Source: Halomicrobium mukohataei DSM 12286 (GTDB lineage Archaea > Halobacteriota > Halobacteria > Halobacteriales > Haloarculaceae). From it: a stretch of 32,000 nt of DNA. A program made the translations under genes and the position numbers. How positions within the stretch are numbered: position 1 is the stretch's first letter; every line of letters starts with the position of its first letter. Where the stretch lies: positions 1,470,001-1,502,000 of the forward strand of contig NC_013202.1 in the NCBI RefSeq assembly GCF_000023965.1, in the 5' to 3' direction. This document shows positions 15,773 to 24,499 of this stretch, piece by piece. The notes under the pieces are model-generated. The model saw only the letters and a list, made by a program, of their open reading frames with translations, did not search any database and was not told the origin of the DNA.

Positions 15773-16029
15773 GCCGGCTGGTCGAACTCGACGCGACGGG
15801 GCCGAAGAAGCTCGACGAATCGGATCTCGACCCGGAGAAAGGGGACATCGCCGTCTGCCAGTGCGGCCTTTCGGGTGCGTTCCCGTTCTGTGACGGATCG
15901 CACAGGCGAACCGAATCCGAGGACGGTGACGCGTGTTACCGGTACATCGGCGGCGATGGGTCACAGCAGCCGAAGACGGTCGCTCGTGTCGTTTACCAGG
16001 ACGGAACGACCGAAGGGGTCGACGAGTAG
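15769..16029 (+). CDS. CDGSH iron-sulfur domain protein
   Basis: 86 aa. CQCGLSGAFPFCDGSH is the CDGSH [2Fe-2S] signature. Its ATG overlaps the regulator stop (ATGA at 15769-15772). Confidence 0.85.
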   Translation: MSRLVELDATGPKKLDESDLDPEKGDIAVCQCGLSGAFPFCDGSHRRTESEDGDACYRYIGGDGSQQPKTVARVVYQDGTTEGVDE

Positions 16030-16115
16030 TCACGGACGACAGCCGGACGACGCCGAAATTTTCACGGGCCAGGAATCACCCCAACGATTAATTCGTCACT
16101 GTGTGATGTTCCGGT

Positions 16116-16445
16116 ATGACGGATCAAGTAGATTCCCCGGAGGAACTGCCGTCGACCGCAGGCAAACTCGCCGAACAGTATCCCGACGTGTGGGAGCAGT
16201 ACGCCGGTCTCGGAAAGGCCTGCTCCGAGGCCGGCCCGATCGACGACGAGACGAAACGGCTCGTCAAGCTTGCACTGGCCGTCGGTTCCCAGTCGGAGGG
16301 GGCCGTCCACTCGCACGTCCGTAGGGGGCTCGAAGAGGACATCGATCCCGAGGCGCTCCGGCACGTCGGGCTGCTCTCGATACCGACAATCGGGTTCCCG
16401 AAGGCGATGGCAGCGATGAGCTGGATCGACGACCTCGCCGAGTAA
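16116..16445 (+). CDS. Carboxymuconolactone decarboxylase (AhpD-like) family protein
   Basis: 109 aa. LD.KTK.L..LA...S.....V..H pattern (DDETKRLVKLALAVGSQSEGAVHSHV). Confidence 0.8.
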   Translation: MTDQVDSPEELPSTAGKLAEQYPDVWEQYAGLGKACSEAGPIDDETKRLVKLALAVGSQSEGAVHSHVRRGLEEDIDPEALRHVGLLSIPTIGFPKAMAAMSWIDDLAE

Positions 16446-16463
16446 CCGATTACCCACTCGCCG

Positions 16464-16469
16464 TTTTTT
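16464..16469 (+). terminator. T6 run, 19 nt after the CMD-family gene stop (archaeal oligo-T terminator candidate)
   Basis: CCGTTTTTTCG read directly. Archaeal termination commonly uses oligo-T tracts. Confidence 0.35.
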
Positions 16470-16528
16470 CGTTCGGTGTGTCGACAAATCTGCTTTACAC
16501 CCCGTTTTCCGTGCTGTTCTCGGACAGG

Positions 16529-16552
16529 TATATAAAAGACTGAATTATTCAG
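16529..16552 (+). promoter_or_regulatory. TATA box (TATATAAAAG) immediately followed by the palindrome CTGAAT-T-ATTCAG, upstream of the molybdoenzyme operon
   Basis: The TATA box is at 16529-16538 and the palindrome at 16540-16552. The first operon ATG is at 16590. Confidence 0.4.
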
Positions 16553-16589
16553 AGTGGGGCGGATGGTGGCAGGGCGGGTACGATAATCC

Positions 16590-16823
16590 ATGGATCGGGA
16601 TCACCACCAGCCACCGGACATCGACGACGAGGAGTTCGACGACTGGGCCGAAGAACGACTCGCCGACGTCGAGTACGACACGGAACTCGGGAAGGAGATG
16701 GGCAAGGACGCGGTTCGGCTCGCCCGCGGCGAGATGAGCCAGGAGGAGTTCCACGAGAAGTATCACGAGCAAGTGCAGGCGGAGTTCGGGCTCGACGACC
16801 GACCGACGAAACCGGAGAAATAA
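16590..16823 (+). CDS. Small acidic protein, first gene of the molybdoenzyme operon (same position as dmsE in haloarchaeal dms operons)
   Basis: 77 aa with high GC3. Its stop is 1 nt before the next ATG. No recognisable motif. Confidence 0.55.
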   Translation: MDRDHHQPPDIDDEEFDDWAEERLADVEYDTELGKEMGKDAVRLARGEMSQEEFHEKYHEQVQAEFGLDDRPTKPEK

Positions 16824-16824
16824 G

Positions 16825-19578
16825 ATGTTACGCAACGACGACGACAACCTCGAACTGACGCGTCGCGACGCGATGAAAGCCGGCGGGGCGGCGGCGGTGG
16901 CGCTTGGACTCGGCGGAACGGCCTCCCACCTCACGTCACTCGGGGAGGCCCAGTCGACCTCACTCGAATACGAGGAGGTGCCGACGGCCTGCTGGATCGG
17001 GAAGATGGACTGTTCGGCGACGGCCAAGAAGGTCGGTAACCGGGTCGTCAAGTACGAGGGCAACCCGGAGGACCCGCGGACCGAGGGGTCGCTCTGTCCG
17101 AAGGGGCAGGCCCAGATAGAGCAGGTGTACAACCCCTACCGTGTCAAGGCGCCGCTAAAGCGCACGAACGAGAAGGGCCAGCACGGCGAGTGGCAGGAGA
17201 TCAGCTGGGACCAGGCGATGGACGAGATCGGCGAGGACCTGAAGGAGAAACTCCAGGACGACCCACGGCGGGTCGTCTTCCAGGTCGGCCGGAAGAAGTC
17301 CCCCCAGTGGCAGGAAGACGCCTGGGTGACGGGCACGAGCAACAAGTACGGCAGCATGGAGAAGTACGGCCACGGCGCGGCCTGTTCGGACTCCGGCTAC
17401 CGCGGCCAGGAGTTGATATTCGCGACCCACGGGGTCTCGGAGACCGACTTCGAGAACTGCGAGTTCTTCATCGGCTGGGGCCACAACATGACCCAGGGCG
17501 GCGGTGCGCACCTCTGTCAGATCACGTGGCCCAAACAGATCGCCGACGCCCGCGACGACCAGGGAATGGAGACGGTCGCGATCGACCCCCAGCGTCGTAA
17601 CTCCGGGCCCTACACCGACCAGTGGCTCCCGATCGAGCCGGGGACGGACATGGCGTTCTGGCTGGCGTTCAACAGCGTCCTCGTCCGCGAGGGGTACATC
17701 GACGAGGAGTACCTCACGACCGCCACGAACGCGCCGTGTCTCGTCGCGACCGAGGGCGACGAGGACGGCCACATCCTCCGGACCGACGACGCCCAGGACC
17801 CCGGCGAGGAGTACACCTGGGCCGACGGCGAACTGGTCTGGGACGAGGACGCTGGCGAGGCGGTCGCTCACGAGGAGGCGTCGTCGCCGGAGAACGTCGC
17901 GCTGGAGGGCACCTACGAGGTCGACGGCGTCGAAGCGCGGCCGGCCTTCGACCTGTACCTCGATCAGATCTCCCAGTACGACCCCGAGTGGGCCGCCGAG
18001 ATCACTGGTATCGACGCCGACACCATCGACGAACTTGCGATGAAGTGGGGGGAGAAGGCGAAGATCGGAGCGACTGTCGAGGTCGACGGCATCGAGATCC
18101 CCTACCGGCCGGTGGGGATGCACGGCTACCACGTCGCCCAGCAGGAGATGGGCGTCTCGACGACGATAGCCCACTACCACGCCGCGATGCTGGTCGGGGC
18201 GGTCGACGTCGTCGGCTCCACGCGCGTTCGGAAGGCCAAGTACGACGGCCCCAAGGACTACCGTGAGCCGTTCCGCGACCAGGCGTTCCACCCCGAGAAG
18301 ATCACGAAAGAGCCCGATGGGCCGTCGCTGGGCGGGAGCATGTTCCACCCCATCGACTCGACGGCCTTCTCCCAGAGCCACGTCAGCCAGACGAACCCCG
18401 ACAAGTACAACCTCCCCTACGAACCGGAGGAGATGGCGTGGATCGTCCAGATGGCCAACCCGGTCACGTCGGCCCCTGGGGTCGAGACCGTCATCGAGAG
18501 CATGAGCAGGGTCGACACGACCATCGTCTGCGACCCCTGGATGAGCGAGACGGCTGACGTGGCCGCCGACTACGTGCTACCGGCGGCGACCGCCGACAAA
18601 CTCCAGGGTCCGACGGGCGGCTGGGACGGCTACGCCGACATCGAACACATCCGGTTCCCCTCGATGGATCCCCTCTGGGACACCAAGCCAGACGCCGAGA
18701 TATACATCCAGCTCGCCAAGGCCGTCGACGCCTACGAGGAGTACGTCGCGGACATCAACGACGAACTCGGCCTCGACGGGACCGATTACGCGTACGCCGG
18801 TGCCGACGAGACGCCCGACGACCCCAGCGAGTTCCTGCGTGACGGCCTCGACCGCTGGGCACAGACGAAGGGCAAGAGCCTGGAGTGGTTCCGCGAGGGC
18901 AACGTCATCACCAACGAGTGGGACGTCGGCGGCGGCAACCGCTACGCCTACACCTGGGGCATGGACAACGGCTACGGCGAGTTCAACCCCTACGACGCCA
19001 AACACGAGTTCTACAGCGAGACGCTGTTCCGCCTCGGCGAGCGCGTCGACGAGCTGATGGCCGACTCGAAGTTCGACGACCCGGTCTCGGAGTTCCCCTA
19101 CCTCCAGGACTACAACGCGTACCCGACCTGGCGGGAACCGACGATGTACGACTCCCCCGACGAGTACGACCTGACGCTCTTTAGCTGGCACCAGATCGAG
19201 CACAAGCAGACCCGAACGGCGAACAACAAACTGCTCAACGAGATCGCGCCGAAGAGCGCGTTCCGGCTGAATCCGGAGGACGCGGACCGCATCGGTGTCG
19301 AGGACGGTGACGAGGTCGTCCTCGAGACGCACGACGCCCAGAACGACGAGACGTATCAGGTCGAGGGCGTGGTGATGATCCAGGACGGCGTCAAACCCGG
19401 CACGGTCGGCGTTCCCCACCACCACGGGAGCTGGAAGGATCCCGAGAGCGAGGCGCTCGACGAGGGTCCCAGCATCAACAGAGCGATTCCGAGCGGGCCC
19501 GGATACCTCGGTCTCGACAACGGCCAGGCGTTCCAGGTCCGTGCGAAGGTCGAACCCAAAGGAGGTGACAGCGAATGA
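16825..19578 (+). CDS. Molybdopterin (bis-MGD) oxidoreductase catalytic subunit, Tat-exported, DMSO-reductase superfamily (Dms/Psr/Ttr/Arr-like; substrate unknown)
   Basis: 917 aa. It has a twin-arginine signal (TRRDAMKAGGAAAVALGLGG), an N-terminal FeS-type Cys motif region, Molybdopterin and Molydop_binding-like regions, and the C-terminal VPHHHG pattern. Confidence 0.9.
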   Translation: MLRNDDDNLELTRRDAMKAGGAAAVALGLGGTASHLTSLGEAQSTSLEYEEVPTACWIGKMDCSATAKKVGNRVVKYEGNPEDPRTEGSLCPKGQAQIEQVYNPYRVKAPLKRTNEKGQHGEWQEISWDQAMDEIGEDLKEKLQDDPRRVVFQVGRKKSPQWQEDAWVTGTSNKYGSMEKYGHGAACSDSGYRGQELIFATHGVSETDFENCEFFIGWGHNMTQGGGAHLCQITWPKQIADARDDQGMETVAIDPQRRNSGPYTDQWLPIEPGTDMAFWLAFNSVLVREGYIDEEYLTTATNAPCLVATEGDEDGHILRTDDAQDPGEEYTWADGELVWDEDAGEAVAHEEASSPENVALEGTYEVDGVEARPAFDLYLDQISQYDPEWAAEITGIDADTIDELAMKWGEKAKIGATVEVDGIEIPYRPVGMHGYHVAQQEMGVSTTIAHYHAAMLVGAVDVVGSTRVRKAKYDGPKDYREPFRDQAFHPEKITKEPDGPSLGGSMFHPIDSTAFSQSHVSQTNPDKYNLPYEPEEMAWIVQMANPVTSAPGVETVIESMSRVDTTIVCDPWMSETADVAADYVLPAATADKLQGPTGGWDGYADIEHIRFPSMDPLWDTKPDAEIYIQLAKAVDAYEEYVADINDELGLDGTDYAYAGADETPDDPSEFLRDGLDRWAQTKGKSLEWFREGNVITNEWDVGGGNRYAYTWGMDNGYGEFNPYDAKHEFYSETLFRLGERVDELMADSKFDDPVSEFPYLQDYNAYPTWREPTMYDSPDEYDLTLFSWHQIEHKQTRTANNKLLNEIAPKSAFRLNPEDADRIGVEDGDEVVLETHDAQNDETYQVEGVVMIQDGVKPGTVGVPHHHGSWKDPESEALDEGPSINRAIPSGPGYLGLDNGQAFQVRAKVEPKGGDSE

Positions 19579-20450
19579 CCCAACTCGGCATGGCGATCGA
19601 CCTGGAGCGGTGTTACGGCTGCCGGGCCTGCATGGAGGCCTGCAAGGTCGAGAACAGCACGCCGCGCGGGGCGTTCTGGATGCACGTCTTCCGCTACGAG
19701 GAAGGCGAGTACCCGAACACCGAGCAGACGAACATGCCCCGGCCGTGCCAGCACTGTTCGGAGCCCTCGTGTGCCTCGGCGTGCCCGACGAGCGCGCGGT
19801 TCAAACGCGAGGAGGACGGGATCGTCCTCACCGACTACGACCGCTGTATCGGCTGCCGGTACTGCGAGATCGGCTGTCCGTACGGCGTCAACTACGCGCA
19901 GTTCCAGCATCCCGACGAGGCCCAGTACGGCTACGGTCACTCGGAAAGTGCCGGCGACGACACGTTCGGCTCGGGCAGCCTCGCCGAGGCACTGGGCGAG
20001 GAGGACCCGGGCAGTGGCAAACCGCCGTGGCACGACCCGATCCACGACGAGCCGGTCGAGCCGCGCGGCACGCAGATGTCCGGGCCACAGCCCGAGGGCG
20101 TGATGAGCAAGTGTACGATGTGTGTCCATCGGCAGGACAACGAAGAGCGCGGCGAGCAGGGGACGACGGCCTGTCAACAGACCTGTCCCGTCGACGCCAT
20201 CAAGTTCGGCGACATGGAGGACCCCGAGAGCGAACCCCGGCAGCACCTCCGGGAGAAGTCCTCCTCGTCGACGTTCAAGCTGCTTGAGGATCGCGGGACC
20301 GAACCGAACATCGTCTACATCGGCGACGAGCCGAGTGACGACGCCCGCGCGATCGAGGACGCGGAATCATTCAAGGACCCCGAGGAAGCCATCGAGGTCG
20401 AGCAGAACCCACCTGAGACTCGCTCGACTGACGTGGAGGTGAACCAATGA
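19575..20450 (+). CDS. 4Fe-4S ferredoxin-type electron-transfer subunit (DmsB/PsrB-like)
   Basis: Four Cys groups: CYGCRACMEAC, CQHCSEPSCASACP, CIGCRYCEIGCP and CTMC...CQQTCP. ATGA overlap with the catalytic subunit gene. Confidence 0.9.
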   Translation: MTQLGMAIDLERCYGCRACMEACKVENSTPRGAFWMHVFRYEEGEYPNTEQTNMPRPCQHCSEPSCASACPTSARFKREEDGIVLTDYDRCIGCRYCEIGCPYGVNYAQFQHPDEAQYGYGHSESAGDDTFGSGSLAEALGEEDPGSGKPPWHDPIHDEPVEPRGTQMSGPQPEGVMSKCTMCVHRQDNEERGEQGTTACQQTCPVDAIKFGDMEDPESEPRQHLREKSSSSTFKLLEDRGTEPNIVYIGDEPSDDARAIEDAESFKDPEEAIEVEQNPPETRSTDVEVNQ

Positions 20451-21754
20451 GCACTCCATCCGCGCGGACGCGACTGACCGAACCGTTCGAGGACACCGGC
20501 AGGCTCTACTACGCCATGGTCGGCGTCGCGGTCCTGCTCGTCCTCGGTATGGTGTATAGCTTCGTGACCGTCCTCACGCAGGGTCACGCCGTCACCGGCC
20601 TGGACAACTGGGGGACCGACGCTGGCGTCCCCTGGGGGCTGGACATCGGCGCGTTCACCTGGTGGGCCCTGATGGGCGTCGGCGCGATCGCGCTGTCGGC
20701 GATCGTCCGGGTCTTCCGGATGGACGAGTACGAGCCCTACGCCCGGATCGGGGAACTCGTGACGCCGCTTGCCTTCATGGCGAGCTTCCTGCACATCCTC
20801 TTCGACCTGGGCCAGCCGTTCCGGGTGTTGAACACGCTGCTGTACCTCCCACTGGAGTCCCCGATCGCCTGGGACGTCATCCTGCTGGCCGGACTGGGCC
20901 TGCTCTCGATCGCGTACCTACTCGTGTCGATCCGCCGGGACCTCCACGAGCTGTACCACGACGGCGTGCTCCCGTCGGTCCTCTCGCCGGTCTACGAGGC
21001 GCTGCTGATCGGCTACGAGGCACCGACCGACAGTGAGGGACGGGGCCTGCGCTGGTGGCTCGCCGCCGGCGTGCTGACCTTCATCCCGGTGGTCGGCGGC
21101 GGTCTCGTCCCGTTCGTCTGGGGTCCCTTCGGCGTGAACATCAACTGGTTCGGGGCGATCCAGGGACCGACGTTCCTCGCGGGGAGCATGACCGTCGGTG
21201 CCGCGACGCTCCTGTTCGTCGGCGGAATCCTGCGGTTCGCCTACGACCTCGACGACGTGTTCACCGACGAGACGCTCCGGACCTTCGGCGTATTCACCGG
21301 CGCGTTCGCGTTCACGTACATGCTGGGCGTCTTCTACGAGGTCCAGACGGGGACGTTCGCAGCCGACATGGCTGACCCGAACATCTCGACGCTGGTCTTC
21401 CAGGGTCCGCTCGCGTCGCTGCTGTGGCTCGCCGTTGCGGCCGTCGTCCTCCCGACGATCTACCTCGTGGTCCAGCAGGCGATCGGTCGGTTCAGCCTCC
21501 TCGGGACGGTCGTCTTCGCCGGCGTGATGCTCGTCGGCGTCCTCCACCAGGAGACGTGGCTCACCGTCGGCGGCCTGATGTACCCCGATCTGATGTATCC
21601 GGTCGGCGAGTACACGCCCTCGATCTACGAGTGGCTGAACCTGATGGGGACGACGGCGCTGGTCGCGCTCGGACTGCTCGTGTTCGCCAAGACGCTCCCG
21701 GTCGTCGCAACGAACGGCGTCGAATCAACTGACGGAGTCGAGTCAAACCGATGA
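20447..21754 (+). CDS. nrfD: NrfD/PsrC-family molybdoenzyme membrane anchor
   Basis: 435 aa with about 10 TM helices. The N-terminal pattern (..TGL.NWGTD.GVPWGLDIG.F.WW) is typical of NrfD/PsrC. ATGA overlaps on both sides. Confidence 0.85.
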   Translation: MSTPSARTRLTEPFEDTGRLYYAMVGVAVLLVLGMVYSFVTVLTQGHAVTGLDNWGTDAGVPWGLDIGAFTWWALMGVGAIALSAIVRVFRMDEYEPYARIGELVTPLAFMASFLHILFDLGQPFRVLNTLLYLPLESPIAWDVILLAGLGLLSIAYLLVSIRRDLHELYHDGVLPSVLSPVYEALLIGYEAPTDSEGRGLRWWLAAGVLTFIPVVGGGLVPFVWGPFGVNINWFGAIQGPTFLAGSMTVGAATLLFVGGILRFAYDLDDVFTDETLRTFGVFTGAFAFTYMLGVFYEVQTGTFAADMADPNISTLVFQGPLASLLWLAVAAVVLPTIYLVVQQAIGRFSLLGTVVFAGVMLVGVLHQETWLTVGGLMYPDLMYPVGEYTPSIYEWLNLMGTTALVALGLLVFAKTLPVVATNGVESTDGVESNR

Positions 21755-22431
21755 GCGACCACAACGACGACGCTGGATCGGTCGTGGCCGATCGCGTCGG
21801 CGGCGACCCAGCGGAGACGGCCCGCGAGATAGACGCGCGGGTCTACCGGGTGCTGGGCGAGCAGTTCCTGGCCCGCCCCGGCCGCGAACGGGCCGACGCC
21901 GTGGGGATCTGGGCCAGCGAGTGGCGCTGCAACGCCGAGCGCCTCCCGCCGGAGTTCGACGCGGCGCTGGACCGGATCGAGGACGGTGCGACCGCCGACG
22001 CGGAGACGCTTCGGACGGCATACACCCACCTCTTCCGGGGCGTCTCCGAGCGCGCGCCCGATCCGCCGTACGAGTCGATGTACCTCGACGGGAGCTTCTA
22101 CAGCGGGACGACCACCGAGATCCGGAAGGGCTACCGCTGGGCCGGGTTCGACGTGGACGACACCCACGGCAACGAGCCCCCGGACCACCTGGGGCTCGAA
22201 CTCCAGTTCCTCGGCGAGCTGGTCGCGATGGACGACGGCGACAGGGACCCCGACGAGCCCGACACCGAGGACGCGCTGTGGTGGCTGCTGGACGAACACC
22301 TGACCGAGTGGCTGCCGGCCTACCACGCCCGCCTCCAGCGCGAGGGCCCACACGAGTACTACGCGGGACTGCTCGATCTGGCGCTGGCGGTCGTCACCAG
22401 CCATCACAAACGACTCGCGGAGGACAGATGA
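21751..22431 (+). CDS. TorD/DmsD-family redox-enzyme maturation chaperone
   Basis: 226 aa. YTHLF.G....P.PPYES.Y........T..I...Y...G........EPPDHLGLELQFL is the TorD / Nitrate_red_del pattern. Confidence 0.85.
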   Translation: MSDHNDDAGSVVADRVGGDPAETAREIDARVYRVLGEQFLARPGRERADAVGIWASEWRCNAERLPPEFDAALDRIEDGATADAETLRTAYTHLFRGVSERAPDPPYESMYLDGSFYSGTTTEIRKGYRWAGFDVDDTHGNEPPDHLGLELQFLGELVAMDDGDRDPDEPDTEDALWWLLDEHLTEWLPAYHARLQREGPHEYYAGLLDLALAVVTSHHKRLAEDR

Positions 22432-22826
22432 GCATGCCCGACACCCACAACGTCTACGAGATCGAGTTCGACGTGCCGGCGAGTCGCCGGGACGCCTTCG
22501 AGGAGTGGCTGTCGGAGGACATCGTCGAGTGGGTCAGCCACGAGACGATTGCGTACTTCCAGGTGTTCCAGAACGACACCGGGATGTCCCCCGAGGTGAA
22601 GTTCGTCTTCGGGTTCGAGACCCTCGAGGAGTGGGCGACGTTCGTCGGGAGCGCCGCTCACGAGGACGCTATCGAGAGCCTCAGCGGGCTCGCGGAGAAC
22701 CGGGAGGCAATCCTGTGGCAGCGAGCGTCGGTCAAGCTCGACGAGACGCTCGATCGGCCGGTCGGCGACGGCGGCACGATTCGAACGAACGAACGACACA
22801 GTGCGGATGCAGTCCTATCACAATGA
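22428..22826 (+). CDS. Hypothetical 132-aa acidic protein (possibly a dimeric alpha/beta-barrel fold), translationally coupled within the operon
   Basis: MSMPDTHNVYEIEFDVPASRRDAFEEWLSEDIVEWV.... ATGA overlaps with both the TorD-like and the Mrp genes. The fold assignment is a guess. Confidence 0.55.
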   Translation: MSMPDTHNVYEIEFDVPASRRDAFEEWLSEDIVEWVSHETIAYFQVFQNDTGMSPEVKFVFGFETLEEWATFVGSAAHEDAIESLSGLAENREAILWQRASVKLDETLDRPVGDGGTIRTNERHSADAVLSQ

Positions 22827-23887
22827 CAGAAGCGATTAGAGAAGCACTACGAGACATCGAAGACCCGATCATCGGCGAGAATATCGTTTCGGCCGGTCTG
22901 ATCGGGGCAATCACCGTCGAGGACGGCGTCGCGGAGATCCCGCTCGCGCTGGGTGCGCCCCACTCGCCGGCAGAGACCGAAATCGCAGACCAGGTTCGAG
23001 CAGCTGTCCGGGAGGCAGGCTACGAGCCGTCGCTGTCGATCGAGATCGACGATCAGACCCCGGCGGCGATGGTCGATGACGCCCCGAACGTGATCGCGGT
23101 CTCCTCGGGGAAGGGCGGCGTCGGCAAGAGCACCGTCGCGGTGAACCTCGCGACGGCGATGGCCCAGCGCGGGGCCGCAGTCGGGCTGTTCGACGCCGAC
23201 GTGTACGGCCCGAACATCCCCCGAATGCTCGGCGTCCACGACCACCCCGGCATGGCCGAGGACGACGAGACGATCATCCCGATCGAGCGCTACGGGATGA
23301 AACTGATGAGCATCGGCTTCCTCGTCGGGGAGAACGACCCGGTCATCTGGCGCGGGCCGATGGTCGACAAGGTCCTGTCCCAGCTGTGGCACGACACCGA
23401 GTGGGGCGAGCTGGACTACATGGTCGTCGACCTGCCGCCGGGGACCGGCGACGCACAGCTCTCGATGCTCCAGCAGATGCCCGTCGTCGGGTCGGTCGTC
23501 GTGACGACGCCACAGAACGTCGCGCTGGACAACGCACGTAAGGGCGTGCGGATGTACGACGACTACGACGCCCACGTGCTCGGGGTCATCGAGAACATGA
23601 GCACGTTCGTCTGTCCGGACTGCGGCAGCGAACACGACGTGTTCGACGTCGGCGGCGGGGAGCGCCTCGCCGAAGAGTACGAGGTGCCGTTCCTGGGCCG
23701 GATCCCGCTCGACCCGTCGATCCGGGAATCCGGCGAGGACGGCGAACCGATCGTCCAGCGTGACGTCGCTGCCGGGTCGGCGTTCGACGACCTCGCGAGC
23801 ACGGTGATGGACCGGGTCGGCGAAGTCAGGCGGCAGTCCCATCGGCTGACGGCCAGCGACAGCCCGGATACGCCACCGGCACAGTGA
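22823..23887 (+). CDS. Mrp/NBP35/ApbC-family ATP-binding Fe-S cluster carrier
   Basis: It has an N-terminal DUF59-like domain, a deviant Walker A (SGKGGVGKST), DLPPGTGD and the CPDCG cluster-ligand motif. Confidence 0.92.
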   Translation: MTEAIREALRDIEDPIIGENIVSAGLIGAITVEDGVAEIPLALGAPHSPAETEIADQVRAAVREAGYEPSLSIEIDDQTPAAMVDDAPNVIAVSSGKGGVGKSTVAVNLATAMAQRGAAVGLFDADVYGPNIPRMLGVHDHPGMAEDDETIIPIERYGMKLMSIGFLVGENDPVIWRGPMVDKVLSQLWHDTEWGELDYMVVDLPPGTGDAQLSMLQQMPVVGSVVVTTPQNVALDNARKGVRMYDDYDAHVLGVIENMSTFVCPDCGSEHDVFDVGGGERLAEEYEVPFLGRIPLDPSIRESGEDGEPIVQRDVAAGSAFDDLASTVMDRVGEVRRQSHRLTASDSPDTPPAQ

Positions 23888-24047
23888 GTCGTATGATTCG
23901 ATATCTATTCAATCTACAATCCAGTACACATTCCCATATTCTAATCAGTCAGTGATAGTGACCCTATATTGAGATGTTCGAGTGGTAAAACAGACCTGGG
24001 TCGAAAGCATTAATTGAAGAGATGTTCAATTATCTGGTAGAGGGAAA

Positions 24048-24326
24048 ATGACTGGACTCGCCGAGCTTCTCGGGAAGCCGTTTGACGCACTGTACGCCGT
24101 CACCTCGAACGAGACGATGAAACGTGATGTCTACGCCGGCACGCGGCCCGAAGACGGACACTTCTCGATTCAGAGTACCCAGTCGGGCGTGAGCACCTAC
24201 CGCGCATACGAGGCGGAGAACGACGGGGAAATGCCCGGAAGCGTGTTGCCGCGGGATCTGGGGGCGTACGACTGCGCGGATCCACGGGTCTGTCCCGACT
24301 GTCAGCCGACCACGTCCGACGATTGA
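24048..24326 (+). CDS. Hypothetical small acidic protein
   Basis: 92-aa ORF with GC-rich third positions, flanked on both sides by AT-rich DNA. The C-terminus is CADPRVCPDC. No known family recognised. Confidence 0.45.
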   Translation: MTGLAELLGKPFDALYAVTSNETMKRDVYAGTRPEDGHFSIQSTQSGVSTYRAYEAENDGEMPGSVLPRDLGAYDCADPRVCPDCQPTTSDD

Positions 24327-24499
24327 GTGAGTCGCGCTCGCATTTAATAAACACACAACTAATTCGAGTTACATCTAGGGGTATCTGATTGCAGAAATAC
24401 CGATATATGTTCTATACGCCTCTATATTCGACTATTCCCATTCTATCTCTCTGTTGTAAGCGGAACAATCAATTGAGTGAGTCTTCAACTACTTGCTGA

